Shown here piece after piece: positions 1 to 10,026 of a stretch of DNA of 60,493 nucleotides. Each line of letters opens with the position of its first letter. Position 1 is the stretch's first letter. Origin of the DNA: Candidatus Scatovivens sp. Its GTDB lineage: Bacteria; Bacillota; Clostridia; TANB77; CAG-508. Location: contig JBJFFD010000048.1 of the NCBI GenBank assembly GCA_051891335.1, forward strand, positions 1 to 60,493, given 5' to 3'. The notes under the pieces are model-generated. The model did not search any database. It was not told where the DNA came from and saw only the letters and a program-made list of their open reading frames with translations. The translations under genes were made by a program, and so were the position numbers.

Positions 1-70
1 CTCTATCACTACTTTTAGCTCTTCCAATAAAGCCTTTATCAAACGGCTTTAATTTGATTTTGGATAACAT
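1..70 (-). CDS. 5' end of a hypothetical protein running off the window (MLSKIKLKPFDKGFIGRAKSSDR...)
   Basis: ATG at 70-68 with AAGGAGAG RBS, frame open to position 1, promoter at 156-184. Confidence 0.6.
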   Translation of the reverse strand, partial: MLSKIKLKPFDKGFIGRAKSSDR

Positions 71-155
71 ATTGTTCTCTCCTTTAAAAATTTTTTTATA
101 ATACTGTCTGACCTCCAGTTGCAAAAATAAGGATTTTGCACATTTTTGCACTAAT

Positions 156-254
156 ATAATATCACATTTTTATGTTAATTGCAAATATTAGTATGAAATC
201 GACATTATCTACACAATATTATAATTTGCATTTAACATAAAAATATGGTATTAT
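156..254. promoter_or_regulatory. Pair of divergent sigmaA-type promoters forming a 30-bp inverted repeat
   Basis: Minus: TTGCAA-17-TATTAT (184..156). Plus: TTGCAT-17-TATTAT (226..254). Both have TG extended -10 and are 27/30 identical as an inverted repeat. Confidence 0.65.
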
Positions 255-338
255 CTATATGTATAATTTTTTATTATCTTGCCAAGTGCAAGCTGATAGA
301 TATAATACTTCAAAAAATTTTTAAGGAGTGAATTCACT

Positions 339-551
339 ATGAAAAAATCTTTGAATCGGACTAAGAAAAAGAATCACTGCGTAGATTGTGGTTGTTCTTG
401 CACCTGTGATGGTGGTTGTAATGGAGATACAAAAAAATGTACTTCCAAAAGAGCTCTTAAAAAAGGGTGCAATCATCACTGCGATTGTTATATCGGTCCG
501 ATGGTGAAAAATTTTCCAAAGAAAGAAGTAAAAACTGGCAGATTGTCTTAA
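339..551 (+). CDS. Small Cys-rich protein, metallothionein-like
   Basis: AAGGAG RBS, own promoter and terminator, 10 Cys and 3 His in 70 aa (CxxCxCxCxC...CxHHCxC). Confidence 0.6.
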   Translation: MKKSLNRTKKKNHCVDCGCSCTCDGGCNGDTKKCTSKRALKKGCNHHCDCYIGPMVKNFPKKEVKTGRLS

Positions 552-572
552 CCGACAATCTGCCTTTACTTT
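537..572 (+). terminator. Rho-independent terminator
   Basis: GGCAGATTGTC-TTAACC-GACAATCTGCC followed by a T-rich tail. Confidence 0.75.
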
Positions 573-631
573 TGTTTTATTAGTAAATGCATATCTTTCA
601 AAAAATAAAGTAATTTTATATTTGTTCCATT

Positions 632-684
632 AAAAAAAGAAAGAGAAAGAAGATTATTGAAGTTGCAGTCTTCTTTCTCTTTTT
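632..684. terminator. Terminator, probably bidirectional
   Basis: AAAGAGAAAGAAGA...TCTTCTTTCTCTTT stem flanked by A and T runs, between convergent genes. Confidence 0.65.
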
Positions 685-686
685 AG

Positions 687-1118
687 TTATAAATAAAATC
701 CTAGCATTATATTTGAAGGAATAATCCTTCTTCCATTTATTAACAAACTCTTAGATATAAGAGTTTGAATTGCTGGTAATTCATTTATATCTAATGCATC
801 CATATTCCCATAGACGTTTAAAACCTGTTTTACTGTTTTCAGCTGTTCATCAAGAAGCGATATGTATTCAATTTGCTCTTCTTTAAATTCAATAGCGTAT
901 TGAATAAATCCTTGGTCTACTTCTTCAATTACAACACCACAGTCCCACACTAAAATATCTTGTGGAAATAATGCTGTTTTTACGCGACTCATATGTTCAA
1001 TTTGCATCAAAACTAAAAGTTTTTCTAATTTTTGAGTATTGATAAAAATGTTTCTTTTCAAACATTCATTAACAACAATTTTACCAATCTCACCTGCCAT
1101 ACACATAAGACGGTCCAT
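687..1118 (-). CDS. Divergent Panacea/DUF4065 (SocA/GepA-like) antitoxin-domain protein
   Basis: INTQKLEKLL...LFPQDILVWDCGVV resembles the ITNLKLQKLLY...LF..IEAW.xGPV pattern; GGAGG RBS. Confidence 0.55.
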   Translation of the reverse strand: MDRLMCMAGEIGKIVVNECLKRNIFINTQKLEKLLVLMQIEHMSRVKTALFPQDILVWDCGVVIEEVDQGFIQYAIEFKEEQIEYISLLDEQLKTVKQVLNVYGNMDALDINELPAIQTLISKSLLINGRRIIPSNIMLGFYL

Positions 1119-1205
1119 ATTTCATCCTCCTTTAATTACTTCGGAGGACTGTGCCCCCGAAAATTTTATTTCAAAGGCAACAATCAAAATATTGTTACAG
1201 ACTAC

Positions 1206-1234
1206 ATTCTATCATATATTTGCATAATTTTCAA
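1206..1234 (-). promoter_or_regulatory. sigmaA-type promoter of the Panacea-like gene
   Basis: TTGAAA-17-TAGAAT with TG extension. Confidence 0.55.
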
Positions 1235-1249
1235 ATATAATTTTTGAAC

Positions 1250-1291
1250 AAAAAAATAAAGGGTATCTGGAATTTTATTTCCAAATGCCCT
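1250..1291 (-). terminator. Terminator after the adhesin gene
   Basis: AGGGCATTTGGAA...TTCCAGATACCCT stem followed by a T run on the minus strand. Confidence 0.6.
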
Positions 1292-1354
1292 AATTAATTA
1301 ATAATATATGAATTCATTTGTTTTATATTATTTATTCAATTAATTGTCAAACTA

Positions 1355-4300
1355 CTAAAAACCGAGTTCTAGGTAATACTTCTTCTACTTTAATTTCTTT
1401 AAAATAAGTTATTGTTGTCCAATCATCATTATCTTCTACCTCTTTTTCAAAGTAATTGCCTTTAACTTTTGTTTTATTAGTAAATACATAACCATTTCCT
1501 AGTCCATCTAAAATATCACAATATAAAATTGGACTATCTATCTCTTGAAATCCTATTTTTACTTTTCCAAATCTAAACTCATAATCAGTTACATATTCAT
1601 CATCAGCAAGTTTCAATTCTTTAAAATTTAATTCATAGATTGTCTGTGTGCTTAAATCTTCTTTAAATAAAACATATTCCTCTGTTTTATTTGTTTTATA
1701 ATACACATCATATTTTAAATCTTCATTCCAAGTTCCAGTATATAATCTATTTATACGAACTGCATCTGTAGGTAAATGATCTGACCAAGTAAAATTATCT
1801 AATGGTACGTTAGAATTATTTTTTATATTCTTAAAATTATAAAATATATCATCTTTGCTTTGTGTTTCTATAAATCCATTCTTTTGTATTTCTACATCAA
1901 TTTCTACATTATCATTTGTTATATCTACATTTACTATTTCTTGGTCTTTTACTATTTCTGCATTATATATTTTAGTATTTAGTAAATAGTATTTTGCACT
2001 AGAAATTTCTTTTATTTTATAACAACCTTTCAATAACTCTTTTGTTACTGCTTTTCCATTTATGTCAGTTGTTATTGTATCTACTAAATTATCTTCTGTA
2101 TCATACACCTCAAATTTTACATCTGGTAATGGACTACCCTTTGGTAATTCAGAGTATTTATTATCTTCTGCACTTGTTTTTGTAACTTGAATATACCCTT
2201 TAATTTTTTCATTTTCAAAAGTTATATCAGTTATTTGATTTTCTTCTAGAGTTATTGTCTGTGTTTCTTCTGTCAATACATAATTTGATAATGTTTTACT
2301 TTCAACTACAGTATATTTCTTGTCAATTCTTAATCTCTTGCTTACAGCCTCGCCCTGTTCATTTGTTATTATTGTATCTACTAGGTTATTATCTTCATCA
2401 TATATTTTAAATTCTACACCTGCTAATCTTACCTCGTTATTGTCTTTATCTATTTTTATTACTCTAACTTGTCCTTTTTTTAGCTCGTTTTCAAAGATTA
2501 TATCTTTTATCTGATCTTCTTCTAATGTTATTGTTTGCGTTTCTTCAGTTAATACATAGTTTGATAATGTTTTACTTTCAGCCACAGTGTATTTCTTATC
2601 AATTCTTAACTTTTTACTTACAGCCTCGCCCTGTTCATTTGTTATTATTGTATCTACTAGGTTATTGTCTTCATCATATATTTTAAATTCTACACCTGCT
2701 AATCTTACCTCATTATTGTCTTTATCTACTTTTATTACTCTAACTTGTCCTTTTTTTAGTTCATTCTGAAAAGTTATATCTTTTATTTGATTTTCTTCTA
2801 ATTCAACAGTTTGTGTTTCTTCATTTAATTTATAATTCCATAAAGTTTCACATTCTTGAATTTTTAATTTTGAATAATCTCTAATTGCATATCTACTCGT
2901 TAATGCCTCGCCATTGCTATTTGTTATTATTGTTTCTAAAATTTTATTATTCTCATCTAGTACATTAAACTTAACGCCAGCTAACCTTACCTCATTATTG
3001 TCTTTATCTACTTTTATTACTTTAACTTGTCCCTTTTTTAATTCATTTTCTATTGTTTGATTATTAGTAGTATTCCATTCAACTTTAACTTCCGTATTAT
3101 CTGTTAAATTGTACCATTTATTTGTAGTTCGTTCAATCCAAGCATAATTTCCGTATTCTTAAGTCTTTAACTATTATTTCGCCATTTGCATCAGTAATAT
3201 ATGTACCAATAACTTTATCAAACTCATAACTATATAAATCAAATTTCACTCCGCCAAGAGTAATTTGATTATTGTCCTTATCTACTTTTGTTACTTTAAA
3301 ATTTCCTAACTTATGTTTATTAGTAATATTAAATGTTTTTGTTTGTCCATAGTTTAAATAAAAGTTTTGTTCATTAGATTCAAGAACATATTGTTCATTA
3401 CTAGATATCTCCTTTAATATATAATTATTTTGATAAAGTCCTGTAAATTCTGCCACCCCTTTACTATTTGTAGTTGCATTTGCTACAACAGTTCCGTCTA
3501 TTTTTAATAATTGAAATGTAGTATTAGGAATTGGCTCATTTGTATCTACATCTGTTTTATTTATAACTACTTTTGCATTATTAGTTTTTAAGTTTAATGT
3601 TCCCTGTCCTGCCTCATCTCCATAAGGATCTGATGTAATAAGATAATTTTGTGTATTTGCAATATATGTTTTTCCATAAAAAACAGGATATGTTTTACAT
3701 TTAGCTTGGACATTTATTTTTACATTTATATCACTATACATAGAGCTTTTCGGTATTCTTAATTTAAAATTTTCTCCACCATTAAATGTAGTTTTCGCAT
3801 TATTACCCATATCTGTTATATAAGCTCCTCTAGGACTATTTATAAGATTAGTTATTGTATATTGCGAATTTGTTACTCTTGAGCTAACTGTATATTCTTG
3901 TGAATAATAGTTACCATCTTCTTGTAGAGTTCCTATTTTATTAACTGTTACATTTGCACTTTGAGGAGTATATGTTCCATATCTTCCCTCATATACCATC
4001 TTTTTTATCGCCTCATGTACTTTTTTTCCTCTTTCGTTTCCACCTCTATAATAAGTATCTACATCATTATCATATAATATTGAATAAACTGCTTGTTTTG
4101 TTGCTAGAAAAGCATCAAAATCATTATATACACCTAATTCACTTGCACTTTTATATGGAAATCCATTTATTGCAACTCTCCAAAGTCTTACATCATCAAT
4201 AAGTCTGTCTAAATTTACATCATAATTATCATATTCTCCAACTCCAGCTGACCCTCTATTTAAACAATATGCTGGATATGTCTTTCCATTTTCTTTATAT

Positions 4301-4491
4301 ACAACATAAGTACAAGTAACATAAGACCATACTCCATCTGACCTTTTATATTGTAACGTATAATCACAATCTCCCATTTGATATATATTTACATCTTGCT
4401 TAAATGTTACTGCATACACTATATTTTGTAGCGATGATACAGATAGTAATATTAACATTACTATTGCAACTATTTTCTTTATTTTTAACAT
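1355..4491 (-). CDS. Cys-Gln thioester-domain / SpaA-repeat surface adhesin, about 1044 aa, with two +1 shifts at CGG (3153, 1364)
   Basis: Signal peptide, YPAYCLN and TKQAVY thioester motifs, repeated KVDKD...LAGVEF SpaA units. ATA-C-GGA at 3153 joins ORF 3133-4491 to a stop-free frame continuous with 1347-2585. ACT-C-GGT at 1364 gives LPRTGF*. Confidence 0.85.
2235..3050. repeat. Intragenic tandem 267-bp (89-aa) SpaA domain repeats: two near-identical copies and one diverged
   Basis: Sequence near 2320 recurs near 2587 (period 267); a related unit lies at about 2770-3050. Confidence 0.8.
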
Positions 4492-4600
4492 AAAAAAACC
4501 TCCTTTTTATTTATTGTTAAGTTGTTATAACAATTTAACAGGCATAAAAAAAGGCAGGTATATGACCTGTATAGACTTATCCTGCCGATTTTGTATTAAA

Positions 4601-5308
4601 TTATATAATAAAACATTGTGTACTTATATGGTTACCATTGAAATAATAATCTCTTGCATATATTTTTATTATTCCACATTTCCAAGTAATTTTATTTATC
4701 ACTCTTTGTTCTGTAAAAGTAAATTCATTTGTTAATTCTGGAATTGTACTATCTATTACTATTTCATACCCATAAGTTTTCATATCTTCTGTTTCATTAT
4801 TTTGTATAACTGTTTTTATTTTATTTATCATTTGTTCATTGATTTTATATTCTTCTGTTATTTGTTCTTGTTTTATTTCATTTTGACTTATTTCTTCCTT
4901 TTTTTCAATAATATTAGTTTGTTCATTCTCTTTTTCTATCACTTGTTCTTTTGTATCATCAACGGTTTGTGTTATTGGCTGTCTTTCTTTGTCTACTTTC
5001 TCTGTTTTTTTATTCTCATTGTTTTTTGAAATAGTAGTATCTGTTTCTTTTATATTTTCTTTCTCTGCTACTTTTTTAATTTCTTCATTTTTATTAGTAT
5101 CTACTACATTTTTAATATCTTGTAGATTATCTGTATCTATATTTTCTTCAACTACTTTTTCATTTATTGTTTGAGAAATTTCTTGTTCTTTTTCAATATT
5201 ACTTTTCTTATAAAGAAGTACATCAACAACTCTTAATGCAACACCTATCAAACAAGCTATTATTAGTATTTTTAAAAATTTTACTATAAATCTAAACATA
5301 TATATCAC
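4601..5308 (-). CDS. Membrane-anchored hypothetical protein (N-terminal TM, E/K/N-rich stalk, small C-terminal domain)
   Basis: 235-aa ORF with a hydrophobic N-terminus and RBS. Confidence 0.7.
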   Translation of the reverse strand: MIYMFRFIVKFLKILIIACLIGVALRVVDVLLYKKSNIEKEQEISQTINEKVVEENIDTDNLQDIKNVVDTNKNEEIKKVAEKENIKETDTTISKNNENKKTEKVDKERQPITQTVDDTKEQVIEKENEQTNIIEKKEEISQNEIKQEQITEEYKINEQMINKIKTVIQNNETEDMKTYGYEIVIDSTIPELTNEFTFTEQRVINKITWKCGIIKIYARDYYFNGNHISTQCFII

Positions 5309-5312
5309 TCTC

Positions 5313-5353
5313 CTATATATAGTATAACTTTTTATATATATATAAGTCTAACC
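5313..5353 (-). promoter_or_regulatory. ICE promoter motif GGTTAGACTT...TATACTATATATAG
   Basis: TAGACT-18-TATACT; the same motif occurs at 28523-28563. Confidence 0.5.
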
Positions 5354-5364
5354 GATTATATATG

Positions 5365-5961
5365 TTATTGATTATTTATCATATTTTCTTCTGATTCAAT
5401 GGCTTGAACACATAACCTCTTGCTACTTTGCCCTTTTACACAAGTTATTAAAGTAAGTCTGTTATCATCTGTACTTTCCAATAATGACCAATCTGTTTCA
5501 TTTATTACCTTTATAATTTTCACAACATATCTTCTTGTACCATAATTAGTTTCATAATATATTTCTGTTCCTACTTTAACCTTATCAAGATTTTTAAAAT
5601 ATTCGCCATTTCCTCCTCCATTATGAGATGCTAACCCTACATTTCCAACATATAAACTTGTGTTAGTAAAATGACCTATTGCTCCAGATAACGTTGATAA
5701 TTCTGTTCCCTCTTTTATAGGTGCTTTATCTAATAAAATGTCTGGTATTGTTAATGTTCCAATATAATCTTCATTTAATATTTCTTTTTGTTCTTCCTGT
5801 TCTAAATCTTTTACTTCCTCGTTATCTCCTATAACTATTGTTTCTTCAGCTTTTTTATTTGCATCAAAAACCTTATACTTATTTATTAGAAATATTGATA
5901 ATATTACTGTTATAACAACAATTATCATAACTAATAAAAATATTTTTATTCCTTTATTCAT
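5365..5961 (-). CDS. Sortase (class D-like)
   Basis: N-terminal TM; catalytic H (LASHN), LTLITC and downstream R (KRLCV). Confidence 0.9.
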   Translation of the reverse strand: MNKGIKIFLLVMIIVVITVILSIFLINKYKVFDANKKAEETIVIGDNEEVKDLEQEEQKEILNEDYIGTLTIPDILLDKAPIKEGTELSTLSGAIGHFTNTSLYVGNVGLASHNGGGNGEYFKNLDKVKVGTEIYYETNYGTRRYVVKIIKVINETDWSLLESTDDNRLTLITCVKGQSSKRLCVQAIESEENMINNQ

Positions 5962-5974
5962 AACTATATACCTC

Positions 5975-7039
5975 CTATATCACGATATCTATTGTATATG
6001 GATTTATGTTATTAGCTTTATTTATTAGCTTGTCTATTGTTCTTTTTTGTCTTTTAATTTTAATCATCTTTCCATTATTTTTATCTATAAATTTTTCATC
6101 TATTACAATTTTATATCTATTGCTTTTTACTTTATAATTGTATCTGTCTAATTTAATCATAGGTTTTGCTATTCTTTGCTTTCCTATTTCTTTCCACTCT
6201 TTATTTTGAAAATTATATATAGTAACATTCTTTTTTCTCATAATTAACAATACAATTATTATTAAGGAACTTCCTCCAGATATTAAAATAAAAGGTATAT
6301 AATTTGTATCTGTTGAGGTATTTTTATATATTATTTCATAAGTATAATCATTTTCTGTTATCTTATCAGCTGTCCCATTATACTCTGCTGTAACTATATA
6401 TGTTAATGGGTTGTCAACTCTTTTTTTAGTAGCATAATAACAAGTTGCCTTATATTTACTTGGTATTGAATTTTCTTGTATTTTTCTTGTTTCCGTTACT
6501 TCCCAGTTAGTAGTTATTAAGTCTAAAACCATACCATTTTTCATTACTTGTTTAGGAATATTATTCAAATCATTTGTATCTAAATTATTATAAGTTTTTG
6601 TATCTTCTATCAAGTATTCTTTATAACCATTATACTGACTTTTTATATCTAATGAATTTATGTCCAATTCATATTCTCCAACAAAATCATTTTCATTATA
6701 TTCTATACTAGCTGGTAGTTGTTTTAATATTTTATCTAATTTATTACTATCTGATCTTATTGTTTTAATAGTATTTATATCTATTGTTTCTATAATATCT
6801 CCACCAGTTTTTGTAGAACTATCAAGTTGATATGTTTTTTTATCTATCTTAAACTCTTTTTGTAAATTAGATAAAAAGTCTTTTTCTTCTTCTTTTGTTA
6901 CAGTATATGTTCTTTTTATATATTCCACTTTATCTTTTGTATATATTTCTTCATTTGTTGTTGCAAAACAATTTACAGTTGTTAATACCATTGTTGCAAA
7001 TAATACCATTGATATTCTTTTACAGATTTTCTTAATCAT
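5975..7039 (-). CDS. Exported ICE protein with signal peptide and C-proximal TM
   Basis: 354-aa ORF with two hydrophobic segments and a GGAGG RBS. Confidence 0.75.
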   Translation of the reverse strand: MIKKICKRISMVLFATMVLTTVNCFATTNEEIYTKDKVEYIKRTYTVTKEEEKDFLSNLQKEFKIDKKTYQLDSSTKTGGDIIETIDINTIKTIRSDSNKLDKILKQLPASIEYNENDFVGEYELDINSLDIKSQYNGYKEYLIEDTKTYNNLDTNDLNNIPKQVMKNGMVLDLITTNWEVTETRKIQENSIPSKYKATCYYATKKRVDNPLTYIVTAEYNGTADKITENDYTYEIIYKNTSTDTNYIPFILISGGSSLIIIVLLIMRKKNVTIYNFQNKEWKEIGKQRIAKPMIKLDRYNYKVKSNRYKIVIDEKFIDKNNGKMIKIKRQKRTIDKLINKANNINPYTIDIVI

Positions 7040-7263
7040 AAAATCCCTCCTTTTAAGATATAGTTAAATAAAAAAGTAGCTCCTAATGAACAAAGAGCTA
7101 CTATTAAAATATAAAAAATTATTTTAACCAAGTTACTTATTAAATCACTAATAAATGATAATATTGCTTTCATATTACTTGATCTTTCTATCGTATAATT
7201 CGGATTAGAGTTATCTTTTAATTTTATTTTCTTCTGATACTTTTTATATAGATTTTTCTTCAT
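7036..7263 (-). CDS. Small membrane protein
   Basis: 75 aa, C-terminal TM, overlaps the next start by ATGA. Confidence 0.65.
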   Translation of the reverse strand: MKKNLYKKYQKKIKLKDNSNPNYTIERSSNMKAILSFISDLISNLVKIIFYILIVALCSLGATFLFNYILKGGIL

Positions 7264-7267
7264 ACAA

Positions 7268-8365
7268 TTAGTTCCTTTTAAATATATTAAATATGCCTTT
7301 TTTCTCTATTGCAATGAGATTATTATTTTTTTCTTCTACATTATCTTTAAATATTGCTTGATATATTTCAGAGTTTTTCATTTCAAAAGGATTTGGAGCA
7401 TATTCGCTAAAGTATGTATTTTTCTTATATTTATTCATATTAGAAGAAAGTGCATTTTTATCTTCAACTGGGCAATGAGAAATTATAAAATATACATCTT
7501 CTAAATCTTTAAGTTTAGCAATAGCCATAAAAATGTTACTTATTTCCCATAACTTACTACCACCTACTATTATTCTTTTATCATTTTTTATAAATGATTC
7601 TAAATTTTCATTTGTTAGAGTTCCATAATCATATATATATACATCATAGCCATAGCTCATTGCACTTATTTTTTCATTTTTATCGTATAAATCAACTCCA
7701 TTATATTGAAACATACCATTGTTTAACTCTTTTCCTGTATTTTCTCGTAATTCTTGTATGTCTTTACTATTATTTGCACATACATAACAAGCCTTTAGAC
7801 CTCTTTCATTAAAAAACTTGCATAATAAAAGAGCTTGTGTAGTAGCTCCTATATGTGATTGTGTTCCTGCAACTGCAATAGTAAGTAATTGTTTTAATTT
7901 TTTATATTCTTTTTTTATTATTACTTTATTTTTACCTTTAACATTTATATCTTCAACTCTAAATCTTATTGCATCTTTATACTCATTACCTTCTTTTGAT
8001 AAACACTTTTTGAATTCTTCATCTTGCTTTTGATAGCTATCGCCTATTACAAAATTATAAATACCTTCTCGAAAAAGCTTTGATAAAATACTATCTCCCT
8101 CTTTATAACCTGTTGCAAGTATTATAATTCTTATATTGTGCATTGATTTCATAGCTACAACTGATTTTATTATTGCCTCTTCTTTTTCTTTTCTATTTGT
8201 TATATCTAATATCAAGTATTTAAAGCTATTAAGATTTTGTAATTCTCTTATAGAAAATTCTTGCAAATCTTTTATACCGGTATATACCTCTATATCATCA
8301 TAATCATTCTTTGCACAAATCTCTCTTATCATTTTTTCATTATTATTTGTTATTGCTAAAATCAA
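7268..8365 (-). CDS. Receiver-like N-terminus plus degenerate ParA/MinD/CpaE-type P-loop protein
   Basis: IAVAGTQSHIGATT deviant Walker-A-like motif and YDVYIYDYG. Confidence 0.6.
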   Translation of the reverse strand: MILAITNNNEKMIREICAKNDYDDIEVYTGIKDLQEFSIRELQNLNSFKYLILDITNRKEKEEAIIKSVVAMKSMHNIRIIILATGYKEGDSILSKLFREGIYNFVIGDSYQKQDEEFKKCLSKEGNEYKDAIRFRVEDINVKGKNKVIIKKEYKKLKQLLTIAVAGTQSHIGATTQALLLCKFFNERGLKACYVCANNSKDIQELRENTGKELNNGMFQYNGVDLYDKNEKISAMSYGYDVYIYDYGTLTNENLESFIKNDKRIIVGGSKLWEISNIFMAIAKLKDLEDVYFIISHCPVEDKNALSSNMNKYKKNTYFSEYAPNPFEMKNSEIYQAIFKDNVEEKNNNLIAIEKKGIFNIFKRN

Positions 8366-8393
8366 TTTTACTCCCTCCTTTTTTATATTTTAT

Positions 8394-9299
8394 TTACATT
8401 TCCATTTCATCATCTTCTATAAACTCTAATGTTTCTTCAAACTCTTTAATACTATTTATATTTTCTGTTATATGTTCTTGACCATTTCTAGAGTATGTAT
8501 CAACAGTAATGCTATTATTATTTGTAAATTCAATTATTGTTTCATACTTTCCTCCTCTTATCTCATTTGTTCGCACACTCTCATAATTCATTTTTAATAT
8601 ATCTAATATTTCTTTATATATTTTACTTAATGTTGGCATATTAGGAACATCTTGGTCTGCACCATATTCCATAAAATCACTAATATTATTGCTTTCTATA
8701 TAAGCATCTACTACATCTTGTATTTCATACTCTAATACTTCTTCCTCTATTAAGTCTAAAAATTCAGTAGTTATATCTTCTAATGTTTCTTTATTACTAT
8801 CTATCATAGGAACTACTGCCATTGGATGTTCATAAATTTTTATAATATCATTATCATCATACTCTTCAATATCTTTTAACAAGTCTTTATGCTCTTCTAA
8901 TATTATTTTTTCTTCTTCAAAATCTTTATACATTTCTTTCTCATTTTCTTTTAATACCTCTAACACCTTACTTGCTTTACCAATCGTAGACTCATCTTTA
9001 TAAACAATATCTTCTTCTCCATATACTAAATTATAAAAATAATTTATCTTTTCCTGCCTAATTGCATCAATGTAATTAAAGTTATCTATCTTTTCTCCTT
9101 TTTCATCTATTGTTAAATAAGATTTCTTTTGTTTACTATCTTGCACCTCTATACAAGCATACTCGTTGTCTTCGCTAATTCTTCTAGCTTCTTCTATCGC
9201 TATTTCTAATTTATCAATTCCTACTTTTATAATTTCTGATAAACCTTGTTCTCTTTCACTTTCTGTTTCCCAAATTTTTATAATATAATTTTTAGTCAT
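8394..9299 (-). CDS. Acidic hypothetical ICE protein
   Basis: 301-aa ORF in the operon, ending EDDEMEM. Confidence 0.7.
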   Translation of the reverse strand: MTKNYIIKIWETESEREQGLSEIIKVGIDKLEIAIEEARRISEDNEYACIEVQDSKQKKSYLTIDEKGEKIDNFNYIDAIRQEKINYFYNLVYGEEDIVYKDESTIGKASKVLEVLKENEKEMYKDFEEEKIILEEHKDLLKDIEEYDDNDIIKIYEHPMAVVPMIDSNKETLEDITTEFLDLIEEEVLEYEIQDVVDAYIESNNISDFMEYGADQDVPNMPTLSKIYKEILDILKMNYESVRTNEIRGGKYETIIEFTNNNSITVDTYSRNGQEHITENINSIKEFEETLEFIEDDEMEM

Positions 9300-9302
9300 T
9301 TT

Positions 9303-10026
9303 TTAGCCACCTCCATATAAATAATTTCTTGGATTTTGAAAATCTCCTCCAGCACTTTTTCTTATTTCAAAATGTAAGTGTGAGCCTGTTGAAGTACCAG
9401 GATTATTATCTCTTTCTGGATCTCCACCCTGTGTTCCAATAACATTTCCCTGTTTTACTTCTTGTCCATTACTTACATATATTTCAGCTAAATGTGCATA
9501 TAAAGTGTATATAGTTTCATCTTTATATGTATGTTCTATTTTTACACAATTACCATAGCCCCCCAAGACTCCAGCAAAGACTACTTTTCCATCTAAAACA
9601 CTTAAAATTTCCGTATGCCAAGCTCCAGCTAAATCTATTCCAGTATGAAAGTTAGGCTTTCCGTGTAACTGGATGTATTCTATTTCCAAACTCACAAGTT
9701 ACAACAGCATTATTAACTGGCATTGGTAGTTCTCCATTAAATACTAACTCTATACTTTCTAACTCTGCCCCATAATCTTGTTTTATTTGATAGATAGTCG
9801 CATATTCTGCACTTGCTTTCATTTCTTCTTCAGTTTCCCAACTAAACCAACCTTTTATTGTTTCCCAAGCACTTACTAATAATAAAATAGGAATAGCAAG
9901 TATTAGTAAAAATACTACTATTCCAACTACTATTCCTATTATTAGTCTTTGTCTTTTCTCTTCATCTGTTATTTGACTTATTACTGCTTTTGCTATTAAC
10001 TTTGCCGTTCCTGGATCTATTGCCAC
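9303..10026 (-). CDS. Conjugation-associated M23 peptidase, about 240 aa, +1 shift at CGG 9663
   Basis: ACA-C-GGA restores RIHPVT-G-KPNFHTGIDL; YAHL and GSHLHFE motifs; N-terminal TM. Confidence 0.85.
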
